Source: Pecten maximus (lineage: Eukaryota). From it: a stretch of 64,000 nt of DNA. Shown here piece by piece: positions 1 to 15,297 of this stretch. Location of the stretch: the NCBI RefSeq assembly GCF_902652985.1, contig NC_047016.1, positions 52,886,001-52,950,000 on the forward strand. Direction: 5' to 3'. The translations under genes were made by a program, and so were the position numbers. How positions within the stretch are numbered: position 1 is the stretch's first letter; every line of letters starts with the position of its first letter. Below the pieces are notes generated by a model. That model saw nothing but the letters and a program-made list of their open reading frames with translations. It was not told where the DNA came from and did not search any database.

Positions 1-1397
1 TGTCTATTATATATATCTACCCCATATCTCTGATGTTGACAGATAGTCTGTCTACTTCTATAAGATTCCACAGCACTGATTTGTCTCCTTTGATTTGTTG
101 ATTTTCACCTGCTTTAATTACTATACCTGTTTTTGCATCGTTACCGATAAAGTTTTGTTGATGGGTCAGTTATCAGATAAAGTTCTAAAAATAAACCCTT
201 ATCAGAAAAGTAACAATAATTTGAAAATAATTTTCTGAAAGTATATATCTTTCTTTTTTTTTTTGTAATTTCAGATCATGAAACTAAATTTGCTTTAAAG
301 ATAAAGTGTTACAAGGACTGATATTTATAAATATTAAGTTTATGTTGAATTCATGAATCAAATTTTAGGTTATATCCTGTTTTTGAGTACTTGACCTTTC
401 CTATTGAAAAATCTCATTCTGAAGAACTTGAATACAGATTTTAACATAACAATAATGTATCACTGAGAATTAAGGATATGAGGCATTTCCTACACCGAGT
501 GTGGGCCACACTTGACTTATGTGTACAGGACACTATCAGATGTAGTGCTCAACTTTCATTTTATATCCTTGCTGAGGCATATAGTATTTATAAATCATGT
601 AGATCAACGTCATTTCATCAGCATGTACATTAAGCCAGTCTAGTTTTAGTGTAGTATGGTAAAGTGTAAATTTCAGAAATAAGAATTCAGAGCCTGTCAT
701 TTGAAATTGTCTTGTTTTTCTATTGTTTGAAGAATGAAAATATTTATTTTTGATAACATCCCGTTATTTAGTAACGAAACATAATGAAATAGTCAATATT
801 ATAACCAGTTCCGTTCCAGGATAAGATTAGGAAATCAGGTTTCCAGGAAAGCTGACAGCAGAATAACTGTACATATATCTTAGCATATAGAAGCAAGGTT
901 CTAACATGTTTGGCCACACTGATTATGTAGACAGGTTGAAATAAGTGATTAGTGAATGATTATCAATAAATTTATACTTCTAGGCATATATATTTATAAA
1001 TATTAGAGACAACATCAGTTTATCAGCTGACATTAAGAGCTGGTCGGTTTTAGTGCTATGAATGGGTAAGGGTATAAATTTATAGAACTAAGAATTTCAG
1101 ACCTGCATTTAGAACTTGTCTGGTTTTCATACTGTTATAGAGAAATTGGTCAGGTTTGATACACCGTGATTATAACAAACTTGGAGGGGATTATACAATA
1201 TTATAAACCTGTTCAGGGTTCCATTATAAGATTGGAACAGGTTTCAGAACTGACAGTCATAGAGATTGGGCCAGGTTATCGATGACATATAGAGCAGGTT
1301 TGAAATTATATAGATTGGTAGGGTAACAGATGAATTAGAGATCAGGGTTATTGAAATACAGATTATAGAAGAGTTGATCAGGTATAATGATACTTCT

Positions 1398-3095
1398 AGG
1401 GGTTATACAGACTGACATTATAGAGACTTGAAGCCAGGGGTTATACAGACTGACATTATAGAGACTTGGGGTCAGGGGTTATACAGACTGACATTATAGA
1501 GACTTGGGGTCAGGGGTTATACAGACTGACATTATAGAGACTTGGGGTCAGGGGTTATACAGACTGACATTATAGAGACTTGGGGCCAGGGGTTATACAG
1601 ACTGACATTATAGAGACTTGGGGCCAGGGGTTATACAGACTGACATTATAGAGACTTGGGGCCAGGGGTTATACAGACTGACATTATAGAGACTTGGGGT
1701 CAGGGGTTATACAGACTGACATTATAGAGACTTGGGTCAGGGGTTATACAGACTGACATTATAGAGACTTGGGGTCAGGGGTTATACAGACTGACATTAT
1801 AGAGACTTGGGGACAGGGGTTATACAGACTGACATTATAGAGACTTGGGGTCAGGGGTTATACAGACTGACATTATAGAGACTTGGGGTCAGGGGTTATA
1901 CAGACTGACATTATAGAGACTTGGGGTCAGGGGTTATACAGACTGACATTATAGAGAGTTGGGACCAGGGGTTATACAGACTGACATTATAGAGACTTGG
2001 GGCCAGGGGTTATACAGACTGACATTATAGAGACTTGGGGTCAGGGGTTATACAGACTGACATTATAGAGACTTGGGGCCAGGGGTTATACAGACTGACA
2101 TTATAGAGACTAGGGGTCAGGGGTTATACAGACTGACATTATAGAGACTTTGGGTCAGGGGTTATACAGACTGACATTATAGAGACTTGGGGTCAGGGGT
2201 TATACAGACTGACATTATAGAGACTTGGGGCCAGGGGTTATACAGCCTGACATTATAGAGACTAGGGGTCAGGGGTTATACAGACTGACATTATAGAGAC
2301 TTGGGGTCAGGGGTTATACAGACTGACATTATAGAGACGTGGGGTCAGGGGTTATACAGACTGACATTATAGAGACTTGGGGTCAGGGGTTATACAGACT
2401 GACATTATAGAGACTTAGGGTCAGGGGTTATACAGACTGACATTATAGAGACTTGGGGTCAGGGGTTATACAGACTGACATTATAGAGACTTGGGGTCAG
2501 GGGTTATACAGACTGACATTATAGAGACTTGGGGTCAGGGGTTATACAGACTGACATTATAGAGACTTGGGGTCAGGGGTTATACAGACTGACATTATAG
2601 AGACTTGGGACCAGGGGTTATACAGACTGACATTATAGAGACTTGGGACCAGGGGTTATACAGACTGACATTATAGAGACTTTGGGTCAGGGGTTATACA
2701 GACTGACATTATAGAGACTTGGGGTCAGGGGTTATACAGACTGACATTATAGAGACTTGGGGTCAGGGGTTATACAGACTGACATTATAGAGACTTGGGT
2801 CAGGGGTTATACAGACTGACATTATAGAGACTTGGGGTCAGGGGTTATACAGACTGACATTATAGAGACTTGGGTCAGGAGTTATACAGACTGACATTAT
2901 AGAGACTTGGGTCAGGAGTTATACAGACTGACATTATAGAGACTTGAGGTCAGGAGTTATACAGACTGACATTATAGAGACGTGGGGTCAGGGGTTATAC
3001 AGCCTGACATTATAGAGACTTGGGGTCAGGGGTTATACAGACTGACATTATAGAGACTTGGGGCCACCTGGGGTTATACAGACTGACATTATAGA
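1398..3095. repeat. 38-bp minisatellite (GGGGTTATACAGACTGACATTATAGAGACTTGGGGTCA), ~44 copies, intronic
   Basis: Period read directly (TTATACAG at 1441 and 1479); highly homogeneous copies. Confidence 0.97.
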
Positions 3096-3238
3096 CAGTG
3101 TGGGGTTGGTATTTAGATTAGAAAGAGGCTGAGATCACAATAACTTTGACAATAACCAGTTTATATTTGCCGTTATGTGGCTATGGTGAGGTAACGTTAT
3201 GTGGCTGTTGTGAGGTAACGGTGGCCGATTGATTTCAG

Positions 3239-5005
3239 CTCCATCCCAGATGAGGACATGATGCCAGAGCCTATAGAACAAGAGCAAGTGGAGCCTATAG
3301 AAACCGAGGAGTTTGAGGAGGAGGCGTTCCAGGTGATCGGGACCTGTCGGGCCGTGTACAGGTTTGATGGTAGGCCATTTTGTCTGCTTAGTTGTACTGA
3401 TAGTAGCAACAAGGCTAGACTAACTCTTAAGGCAAATCATTTGGGGACAGCATCTGGTAAAGTAGATAGTTAGGAATTATCAGGATACTTGTGTTGTAGA
3501 TAGTTAGGAATTGTCAGAATACTTTTGTTGTCTATAGTTAGGAATTGTCAGAATACTTTTGTTGTCTATAGTTAGGAATTGTCAGAATACTTTTGTTGTC
3601 TATAGTTAGGAATTGTCAGAATACTTTTGTTGTCTATAGTTAGGAATTGTCAGAATACTTTTGTTGTCTATAGTTAGGAATTATCAGAATACTTTTGTTG
3701 TAGATAGTTAGGAATTGTCGGAATACTTTTGTTGTCTATAGTTAGGAATTGTCAGAATACTTTTGTTGTCTATAGTTAGGAATTGTCAGAATACTTTTGT
3801 TGTAGATAGTTAGGAATTGTCAGAATACTTTTGTTGTCTATAGTTAGGAATTATCACGATACTTCTGTTGTAGATAGTTAGGAATTATCAGAATACTTTT
3901 GTTGTAGATAGTTAGGAATTGTCGGAATACTTTTGTTGTCTATAGTTAGGAATTGTCAGAATACTTTTGTTGTCTATAGTTAGGAATTGTCAGAATACTT
4001 TTGTTGTAGATAGTTAGGAATTGTCAGAATACTTTTGTTGTCTATAGTTAGGAATTGTCAGAATACTTCTGTTGTAGATAGTTAGGAATTATCACGATAC
4101 TTCTGTTGTAGATAGTTAGGAATTGTCAGAATACTTCTGTTGTAGATAGTTAGGAATTGTCAGAATACTTTTGTTGTAGATAGTTAGGAATTGTCAGAAT
4201 ACTTTTGTTGTAGATAGTTAGGAATTATCAGGATACTTCTGTTGTAGATAGTTAGGAATTATCAGGATACTTTTGTTGTCTACTTACAGCTGGTGAGGTA
4301 CAATTGTCACAGTGTGTTTGTATATAACCTATCTTATGGAGTATTAAACATATTGGAATACATCATCGTAAGCAGGATACAAAAACTATACTACAGTTAC
4401 TTAATATATATATATATCAAGACCACTAAATGGAACAGAGAAAACTGGTTTGATAAGTAGGTGGCCTGTCTAAAGAGGGTCATGTAAGTGCTAGTCTAGA
4501 TAGGTTTCCATTATATAGATGTGGGCTTATTGGCAGTTTCAACTGCATCAGAATACTTAGAGTTTGGTGCACCGTTGATGCAATATTATAATGTATTGTC
4601 ATAATACATTATAATATGTATGTAGTATTCACCTAAAATAAATGTCACATCAGGGATATTAAAAAGTTCAGTATTTGTCAAGCAATATGCATTAACAGGA
4701 AAATGAATCATTTTGAATTTTGGGTATCTTGGCAAACTATCAGCTTTATGATTATAAGCTTTCAACTTACACTATTTGCTATGAATAAAAAAGCTTTGTA
4801 TATTGATTTCGTATATTTATATGTTGTATGTGTACTTTCAGCTGATAACGGGAGCTCTGTGTCTATGGAGGAAGGTGAGGAGATGGCAGTGATAGAACAA
4901 GACCAGGGTGATGGCTGGACTCGCGTCCGAAGGAAGGACGACTCTGAAGGATTCGTACCCACTTCATATATACAGTGTCACTTCTATGACCAGGATGAGG
5001 TTTGA
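3239..5005 (+). CDS. FNBP1L: 3' end of an F-BAR/SH3 protein gene of the formin-binding protein 1 / FNBP1L (TOCA-1) / CIP4 family; exons 3239-3369 and 4842-5005; upstream exons not identified
   Basis: AG at 3237-38, GT at 3370, AG at 4840-41. Spliced product ...[75 protein letters not shown] is an acidic stretch followed by a C-terminal SH3 with the DxGDGWTRxRR..EGxVPTSY signature of this family. Confidence 0.88.
3462..4282. repeat. 34-bp minisatellite (ATAGTTAGGAATTGTCAGAATACTTTTGTTGTCT), ~24 copies, in the intron splitting the SH3 domain
   Basis: GGAATT at 3541 and 3575. Confidence 0.96.
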
Positions 5006-8000
5006 GGCCGTAATAGAAGTCGTGTGACAGTCAACGGGAGGTGGAGTCAAGTAATATTCGGTCCTGGGCAAGAGAAATTACTTTGTAGCATCGCTGTCAA
5101 AACCATCTTTGGCTTTGTATTTTGTATAAAGCACTATATATACATGGATACTGAGCTGGGAACCATGAGTGTAACACGTACTATTTTGATCCTAGTCTGC
5201 TCAGAAATATCAAGACTGTTATGGCCTGTCATAGACTTTAGTCTTCGACTAGCGGATGTTGACCTTTGACCCAGTGTTATGTGGATATTATTGGTTTATG
5301 GCCTTAGTGACCGAAAAGACGGTTATGATCAGTGAACCGGCACCGAGGGTGGAGACAACAAGTTTATTTTAGGCGGCCTGAAACGGAAAGGGTCAGTAAT
5401 ATTTTGTCACTGAAATGATCAGTGAAACCAATACCAAAGGGACATAACCATTGGTACTACTAACACATGAAACATTTTTTTGCCAAACCTAATAGTATAT
5501 AATTCTGTACTATTGTGGGTTATATAGCTGCCAGCTTTCGATGTGTGTTCATGTGTCGACTGAGGGAAAAGGATTTCTCCAGGTTACTCAATACCATATA
5601 GTCCTGTGCATTTGATGTGTATTGAATTAAATGTTCAGTCATTGCAATTGCTGATTCTTCAAAATGGATGAAATATCACGAAATCATCAGAGCGGACGGA
5701 AGATTGCAGAATATTCAGGATGGATGAAAGACTACCATGTAGCCAGTATGGATGAGAATTGAACTTGATCAAACAGACATTGAAACTTTTATATTTTGTT
5801 CTCACAATTTTCATTTGATGAGATGTTTCATCGAGAGAGATCTGTACTAAAGGAATACACCTTGGACCATTGATTCTGGTCAATATTTCCCCCCCAGATA
5901 TGTTGAGTTTAACTCGCAGCAAGATTAATTCTGTTTTAAAAAACTTGTGGTGTACTGCTTAGCTAGATATGGGTGTATGATAAAAATTATATCCATCTAG
6001 TTATATCACAATTAGTTAAAGTCAAACTTGGGTAATGCTCAGGATAACATTATATACCAAAACATGCAGATTACTTATATATATAATCAGGTTATACTGT
6101 AGAATTATTGATGGAAAAGAACATTTCCTTATATTTTAGAAGGAATTTTCTAAAGGCATAATTATTTGTAATGGCAGAAAAAATATTACAAAAATATTTG
6201 TCTGTAACCCTGAACTTAGAAAGATCTTTTCTTTACCAGTTGTTGAGAATAATTGGGAAAATCATCTTCCTTTTAGTCTGCTACTGGTATTTGAGATAGA
6301 TACTGGTATGTGACTTATGTTGAGTTTAATGATATTCTTGTTTTCTGGTACAAAGGTTTGGTTATCCTAACATCATTTACACAGAGAAGATTGTCCAAAC
6401 CAGATTTTGATCTAGCTATATGGTGAAATTTTGTATGCGTTTAAAATTACGTGTGATTATTTTTATTTAATGACTTGTCCAGAGAAAATTAAACATGAAA
6501 TACATTTGAGAGGAATGTTAAATCTATAGAAAATTTCCATTGGGACGATGTTGTGACTACACTTCTGGTCTGTATAGGGGAGTTATCTCCCCTGGATAGA
6601 TACTGATCATTGTATGGTCATCTCCACATAAACTATTAACTCCACAAGCTAGGATTCCCACATGGTTAATGTATTTCTACAGTTTCATTCTATTCATTGA
6701 CTTTTACCATTTGATAAGTATAAATTATGTTACAATTTTATCATGTTTAATGATTTAATAATTTTTAGTCCACATTTTAGTTGGATTTTCTTCTTTTTCA
6801 AAAACCTGCAACAAAAGTCTTCCCCTTATATTACATGATTTCAAAAAATGACAAGCATTTAAAGTTATGTGATTTAAGTGATGAAATTTGAAATTGGATG
6901 GAGTTGTATCAAGCTTCATCAGCCTTACAATATCAAGATATTTTGATAAAACAATCATCTGGATATATATGGTGCTGATTTTTAAATTATCACATTCAAA
7001 TAGTAAACTCCATTCAATGAATATTTTGGGTGTTTTATCATAAAACAAAATAATAAAAAAGACATTTTATGTCAACATTGATTCAATAGAGCACATGACA
7101 AATTGTTCTGATATTTAAATTTGTTTGTTAATCATATAAAAGGAGTTTTGTGGATGATTATTTCAATTTATCACTATTTAAAATGTGAATCAAACACGGG
7201 GCTATTAGAATTCATTAATATCAAAATGTGAATCGTACACAGGGACTAATTACAATTCATTGATATTGAAATGTGAGTCACACACAGGGACTTCAGGATA
7301 ATTATTACAATTTATTAATATTGAAATGTGAATCTTACAGTATTACAATCATATACAACATTTAATTGTAAATTTCATATACTGAAAATATTTATTACAC
7401 AATCACACCAATCAGTTTAAAAATAATTATGTAAATATCACTTGTAAACAAGGTACAAATGCCTGAAAACAAATTAGTGATATGTATAGGAGCTTCTAGG
7501 ATCCAGGATGTATATGGTTTCGAATTCACTGGGAACTCTTTAGTTAAACATTTATATGCCTCTGTATGTCTGGATAGAGTTGTTTGTCAGTCTAATTAAA
7601 ATCATGTTTCTCAGGTCACTTTCTTTGAAACATGTTACATATGATAAAGCATAGAAAATGAGATGAAAAGGGAGATAAGGTTTTAATTAGATTCGGCTGT
7701 AATGCTTCCATCAGTTATACATTTGTGATTTACTAACATTTTACAACATTTTAAATCTATAGTAAGAGGTTAATATGATAAAATATATATACTTTTGGAG
7801 GACTCAAGAAAAATAGAAATTCTTTGCATGGAGGCCAGGTTGCTTAGGATATGGGGTTATCGTGTGGTACAGTTTAAATTAATTTACTTCTTTTGATGGC
7901 CCCTGTTTGGCAAACCTGGAGTTCCTCTGTAATGTAGATATTTTTCATGAAAAGTCCTTACTTCATGCATTTTACAATCACTAAAAGTTATTGTCAGTCA

Positions 8001-8320
8001 GAATCACAATTGAGGCTCAAACTGTCCAGCCATGTCCTTTTAATGTTCTAATTAATCCGCACTGCTTTGGTGAGCAAGCGTTAGTGGTGATATTCACTAG
8101 TGTAAATAGTTCAGTTTTAAATTAATGTAACACATTATTTGAAAACTTGCACACAATCTGACATGAAATATATAGATCACCTATTTATCGCGTAACTAAT
8201 CCATTGTGAGAGGTTTCTGAACCAGCTACCACTCCTTATAGCCAGCTGTATATTGTCCATTGTATTTTGAGATTTTTGTTGAATGTCACAATATGTATAT
8301 ATGTTCCTCACCTGGACCTC

Positions 8321-8521
8321 AACTCTACTATCAGCTCTGAGAGTCGGTTAACTCTACTATCAGCTCTGAGAGTCGGTTAACTCTACTATCAGCTCTGAGA
8401 GTCGGTTAACTCTACTATCAGCTCTGAGAGTCGGTTAACTCTACTATCAGCTCTGAGAGTCGGTTAACTCTACTATCAGCTCTGAGAGTCGGTTAACTCT
8501 ACTATCGGCTCTGAGAGTCGG
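8321..8521. repeat. 29-bp tandem repeat (AACTCTACTATCAGCTCTGAGAGTCGGTT), ~7 copies
   Basis: Direct inspection. Confidence 0.95.
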
Positions 8522-9931
8522 AGCTGTTTGTACCTAGATACAGACTGGACTTGTACATTGTGTATTGACATGTTGTAGATGCTGTGGTTCTTATTTTAAG
8601 TGATTTTTATCATTTTCTCCTTATATAACATAATCTAGTGGATATCATCATAATTAAGATATGAAAATTTTGTAAATCAAATTGTCGGGGCAAAAAGCAT
8701 TAAAGTACGTAAAAAGTCATCATCTATTTCTACTACCATCCCCCAATTACAGGTGTGTTATTATGTGGTTACATCGGACATGTTTCTTAAATTTTATCAC
8801 TAACAATTTTTGTTTTATTTTGCAAATGTTCCACTTCAGGAATGCCTGTCAGAATGCGGTCTTCGTATTGACATACTAATTTTAGATCAAATTTCTGCTT
8901 TATAAACCAGTGTTTTATATAGCATTATTCGTAAGGCAAACCCTCACTTTTCATTATTATGTAGATTTGATACATTTACGAGGTAGACTTCACATACTAG
9001 GCAGTTTCATCAACCAAAAATTCTTTTTAATTGCTATTTTGGATTTGATAAATCAATTGATGACTTCTGAAATCAATGACAAAAGTTATATAATTTTTGA
9101 ATTTGTTAAAGGGAACCAAAGAAATAAATCCTAATCAATTAAGTGATTTATTCCACTACACAAGTAATGAATGTCAGCTGTGGTTTCTGACATATGCTGT
9201 ATAATTGACATGGCTTGATTTCCTGGATTAAACCTCATTACTGGCAACACAATATAAATCAAATGCCTCGCAGTGACTTGGCCCAAATCCCTCGCAGTGA
9301 CTTGGCCCAAATCCCCTAACCGATATTATACAATCCTTATTATATGAATATGGGCTGTGGGTGGGACATTGGTCAAGACCCTGTGTAATGGATGATTGGT
9401 GGTCGTTTGAAGAGCAGTTTAGATTTTGTTTTAGAAATCTATCATACTGATGAATTACATGATGAGAGTGGGAAAAGTGCCTTTAGAGGTTTTCAATGGA
9501 TGTTTGTAGCTTAGAGTAAGATATGGCCCTTACTTCTCAGTCAGTTGGGGCCCTTCTCATCAAACATGGCCCTTGCTTCTCATCAGTCAGATAGGGCTCT
9601 CATCCATCAAATGTGGGATCAGTCAAATATAGTCCTTTCATTCCATCAAACGTACCCTTTCCTTTCATCCAATATATCAACACCAATAGCATATGACCCT
9701 CAATTGTAAAATTTGCCCCTCCTCATCAGTCGTGCAATAATTTTATACATTCATAAGCAACTATTCCTCAACATGTAGATAATGTAGAATCTTTATATAG
9801 ATGTAGATATCATAACTAATGACTTTCTCTTCCTGTAGTGGAGACTGCTAATCTTCAACCGATTTCAGACTATTGGTATACAAGGCTATGTTATAATCTA
9901 GTAGTACTGATTTTCAGGACTTAATATTAAA

Positions 9932-9949
9932 AATAAATCAATCAATAAA
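9932..9949 (+). terminator. Candidate polyadenylation signals (two AATAAA) for a long FNBP1L-like 3' UTR
   Basis: AATAAATCAATCAATAAA followed by GT/T-rich sequence; motif only, no transcript evidence. Confidence 0.3.
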
Positions 9950-11912
9950 TGGTGAAATATTTTCATAATGGTCGTGTATTCTTTCATAAACAAGTAATTA
10001 TATAATACACAATTATTTTTTTTGTCATTCTTGAAAAATTCAGATTCCAGACAGCATGGGGTGAATCGAAGCCAAGAACAAATTGAAGTATTATGTATTC
10101 ACAGTTATTGGAAAATTGATTTTAAAACTGTACTACACAAATCAAAATGTTCTAGTTACATACAGACAGTACATATTTTTATGTAATTAATGATATTTTA
10201 ATCTAGATACCTGGTTTACAAGTTATTATTGATCTTGAGATAAGTAATAGGCGGACACTACTAGCCATTACTAGTGTTATTTAGCAGGAGACGATTATGT
10301 AAAATATAGAAGTGGAGGACTAATTATAACAGTGTAAGTCGTTAACATAGAACCATTAAGGCTGGGTTGCCGTTGTCCCCACACTAAAACATATTATTCA
10401 GAGTTAAACATAGCAATGTCTCTTAGAAAGCAAGTTAATAATTATGAGTTAAACAGGGAATCTGGCCAGTATAGTTTTCTAATACATGTAGTATGTTATC
10501 CAAAGAATTTCCTGGTATTAAACAGTTGACCTCTTGAGACGCCTCTACTCCCTAAGGTATTCATTAGCCTGTTTTAAGGCCCTTTAATTTTGAATTTCAT
10601 CTGGTCAAGGTCAGGTGTTAACTGCATTTCAGCCATGAATCAGTTGTAAATGGAGAACGTTTGGAACTTGATAATATAGCAAGTCGTTTTAACTCGGAAA
10701 TGTGTTGGGAGTGTAGAGGCCCAGGATAATATAGCAAGTTGTTTTAACTAGGAAATGTATTGGAAGTATCGGGGCCCAGGAACAGGCTTAGGTGTACATG
10801 TCCTTTATACATGATCTTATGCTATTTATTCTACTTTTAGTTCGGATAATTGATGGATATTTTTATCTGTTTTATGATTAGTAGACAAACGTTTGAAAGG
10901 CTCAGCTAATTGATTATTGGGTTTGAGTCCTGTGTAAGTCGTGTTAGTACACAGAAGTTCTAGAGTACTCTCAGGATGTAAGTGTAAAAAAATGTCTCAA
11001 ATACCATCACGTTAACCAACAGTTTTTTCGTATACACACTTCATAATTTTTTGTACCAATTTCTGTAAGAGTCGGTCCTGATGCATCGCTGTACAACTTA
11101 TAGATTTAAACTTTTATTATATACTACGAGAACAGCACTGGGAAAATTCATTCAATGTTTTTTCCCAAAATCAACCGTAGATTGTGAAGTATCCAAAAGT
11201 CATTGATGGCAAATGACATTGGATAAGAAAAACTTGCTGGAAGATTTAAACAACCAGATTAAATGCATTTGGAGATTGATAATTTATTATGACATTTCCA
11301 AACAATATCATGAATGGCAGACCGAAGCATGACATCAGGATAGACTTTGAATTCCTCAAGGTAGTCTTGGTACATGAATTCCCTAGTACATTAATGAACT
11401 TGAATCCTTTTGAGAAACTTTCCTCATTATTTTCTGTAGGTTATACATATAATCATTCGTTTTAATGACTTTATGTGATTATGTACATGTTGTAAATTTG
11501 TGTACATTTTTTACCAGAATGTAGATTACGGGGTAGTCTACCGTATACGATTAGTGTATAGTGCTTTTTGTAATGCCAGCATGGTAGTATATACCTAGTA
11601 TATAATATATATATATATATCTATATATACATTAACGTGTAGTCGAGAAAGTAGACCTACTAGAGAATGCAATATATTATTCTATTATGCTCATTTTCAA
11701 TAGCTGGTACTCTCATGTGATTTATCAATCCTTTTTTTGTTAACACATCACCAACAAATCTGTCGATGTCGACGACACAATTTAGTCATGTGATTTTATA
11801 TGTTTGTTTTATTGATTTACTTTGCTGGAATGTTTGATTGAGCTTGTTTTGATGTTAAGTCTGAGTGTGGAGTCTACCAGAGTCAGTGAAGTGAGGATTT
11901 ATAACTCTTGTC

Positions 11913-12337
11913 AGTGAGTGACATTCACTTAGACTTGATTACGGGACCTGTAGGTATCTATAGGATGTGGAGTCGATGTCAGTAAGGAATGTCAATTCTG
12001 GTGAACTAGTGAGTGACATTAACTTACACTTGATTACGGGACCTGTAGGTACCTATAGGCTGTGGAGTCGATGTCAGTAAGGAATGTCGACTCCGGTGAA
12101 CTAGTGAGTGACATTAACTTACACTTGATTACGGGACCTGTAGGTATCTATAGGCTGTGGAGTCGATGTCAGTAAGGAATGTCAATTCTGGTGAACTAGT
12201 GAGTGACATTCACTTACACTTGATTACAGGACCTGTAGGTATCTATAGGCTGTGGAGTCGATGTCAGTAAGGAATGTCAATTCTGGTGAACTAGTGAGTG
12301 ACATTCACTTACACTTGATTACAGGACCTGTAGGTAC
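11913..12337. repeat. 95-bp tandem repeat, ~4.5 copies
   Basis: AGTGAGTGACATT at 11913, 12008 and onward. Confidence 0.93.
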
Positions 12338-12800
12338 CAGCTGCTAGCTAACTTCTGATTTTGTTCAAACAGAACCGTCGGGAGTATTATGCTCTGATAA
12401 ACAGTTTAATTTTGAAGTCAAAGTAAAAAAAACCTTTAGACTATGTCATAGACAAAACTTATTAAATTATTCCACAACATTTTGAGAGAAAGAGCACTGC
12501 GATCAAACAGTAATATTGTTCCTACAGACTTAAAAAACATGTGGATTGAAGTGTTGAAGAGATCAATCAGGAAACGAACGTTATGCATAGAAACCTCAAA
12601 TGGAAAATGAAGCGGGGTCAGTTCTTCACTCAGATGTAATATTGACAATCTTGATTGTTAGTAACAGGTACCTGGATTCACAGCCTAAGTGATATGTGAT
12701 TGTGATATTATGTGCAACTTTGTGGAGGAATTTTCCACCACAGTGTATAGGTGATATATTGATTAGTTAAGAGTGGAGAGAGAAAATGTTCTATCATTAT

Positions 12801-13280
12801 TGTTTCTGTGTGAGAGCTGTGAGTGACATATTTACTGTCCTGTTTCTGTGTGAGAGCTGTGAGCGATATATTCGCTGTCCTGTTTCTGTGTGAGAACGGT
12901 GAGTGACATATTCACTGTCCTTTTTCTGTGTGAGAGCTGTGAGTGACATATTCACTGTCCTGTTTCTGTGTGAGAGTGGTGAGTTAAATACTCACTGTCT
13001 TGTTTCTGTGTGAGAGTGGTGAGTGACATATTCACTGTCCTGTTTCTGTGTGAGAGCTGTGAGTGACATTCACTGTCTTGTTTCTGTGTGAGAGCTGTGA
13101 GTGTCATATTCACTGTCCTGTTTCTGTGAGAGTGGTGAGTGACATATTCACTGTCCTGTTTCTGTGTGAGAGCTGTGAGCGACATATTCACAGTCCTGTT
13201 TCTGTGTGAGAGCTGTGAGTGACATATTTACTGTCCTGTTTTTTTTTGTGAGAGCTGTAAGCGATATATTCGCTGTCCTG
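12801..13280. repeat. 40-bp minisatellite (TGTTTCTGTGTGAGAGCTGTGAGTGACATATTCACTGTCC), ~12 copies
   Basis: Units start at 12801, 12841 and 12881. Confidence 0.95.
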
Positions 13281-14014
13281 TCAGCATTTTGATATTCTAT
13301 TCATTAACACGTACTTAATGTATGATCGTTGCCTATTTAAAATCTGTGTATTTTTAACGTGTAAATTTGGTGATTGTGGCGATGTTGGACGTTCAGTTAT
13401 TATACAGCCTACATTCGTTTTACCAGAATAACCCTTCGTGTACCGTGTAGTATCATGCATTGTGAACGCTTTCCATGTGATTGTGTCTCTTCTTGTGATA
13501 TCATCTAGCCTGTCGCTCTGACTCAACTATAATATGTTAATAAGATGATTATATCCAGCTGAACATTAAAAAAGACATCAGTTCTAGAGGAAAAGTAATA
13601 CATTGTGTAACATTTGTTCATATATTATATATACTCATCAGTTAATCCAGGAAAAATGATGAGAGGCGGGACGCGCTGCCTTTAATATGTAACGCTGATC
13701 GTGAACATGAATAGATATATCATTATATACAAGATGAAAGCTGAAGATAAGTTGTTCACATTTATAATGTGAACAACATCCTATTTAGTCTGGTAACTCT
13801 TACTCGGCCATTCTAAGTACAAAATAGTATATTTACTGAGATGTTGGTCAGTGGCGTTGATTGTGTTCACAATAATATCACTAAATCAGTGTTGGGTTTA
13901 TATTCCTAAACCGACAACATTTCTAGTAATTGACGTAAGGTGTTACTCCAACCGTGTCTGACCGGCTACACGTGTGTCCACTCCATTGTCAGTAGCCAAC
14001 ATCTGGTTTGTAGT

Positions 14015-14420
14015 CAGCGACGAGTTTATTCCTTACATTGTTGGAAGCAAACAAATGTTTGTTGCCAGTGTTGATCGGCATTGAAGTGTGTTCACTTTAT
14101 TGATGGTAGCCAGCGCTTAATGTGTTAACCTCAAAGCAAGTCAGCAATGCTGGATTTGTTCACTTCATTGTTGGAAGCCAGCGATAAATTTGATCACCGC
14201 AATGCTACTCGATCAGCAATGCTGAATTTCTTCGTTTTATTCCTGGTACTTGTAGCTTGCTCTGAATTTGTTCACTGCAATGCTACTCAGCAATACTGAA
14301 TTTCTTCACTTTATTGCTGATAGCTTGTTCTGAATTTGTTCACTACAAGACTAATCAGCGATGCTGAATATGTTCACCCCATTGCCGGGAGCCAGCGCTA
14401 AATTTGTTTACTACGATCAG
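14015..14420. repeat. Old degenerate tandem repeat (CAGC(A/G)ATGCTGAATTTGTTCAC-like core)
   Basis: Recurring GCCAGCG / GAATTTGTTCACT motifs. Confidence 0.6.
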
Positions 14421-15297
14421 CCATGTTTGTTCCACCAATGTCTAGGGTTGGCTTACCACCCCTTTGCTATTGGAGCGCGATGCTTATGTCTTTGAAATAC
14501 TATTAATGGGGTCGTGCCAAACAGACATAAATTCTTGTATTTATTTCATAACATTTACATTACATGCCCTTATTAAACTCCGACTTTGCAATGCAAATGG
14601 TACAGTTTGAATGTAAAGATAATAAAAGTCATTCTGCTATATTTGTATGTGTCTCGTTATATTTGAAGTCCTACAAAAGCACACAAAGAATGAGCAGACG
14701 ATTCCTCGTTTCGGGAGTCCACTATTTGAAAAATAGTACCAGAACAATATTTGATTGTGTTTCGTATGTCTCTAATGAAATATTGACCGTGACCGTAAAC
14801 ATTACGTTTGAAGGAAGTGTTGATTGACAGAGAGCAATCCAGCCTTTATTGTGAGATACCACCCTTTATAGAAAAGGTTTTGAGATAAACGGTAAGCAAG
14901 GGCGACTCTTGTTGGGGCTGGAATTACTATTAATTTTTCTTCCTGAATGCAACTTTGCATATTCAGAAAATACTGTCACTTCAAATATTGAAACATGTTG
15001 GCCTCGCTGTAATACGACTTGTTAAATAGATATGTGCGTTAATCATATGAAACGGAGAGCACGGACTAGAGTGACCACACATTGGTATTACAAAGGGAAG
15101 AAGACTTATTGGCATTTGATCTACTATGTCTACCGATCGAACTGGCTTTATCACAAATGTTTGTTTTATAACACAAGTTTGAGTAAGGCACGTAAGAAAT
15201 GAATTGACGGAAGGAAACGTTGCTGCTACGGGGATCCCTTATGGTGTAGATAGTGCCTTATTTAAAATGATCCATATTGATTACATTGGTCTAAAAC

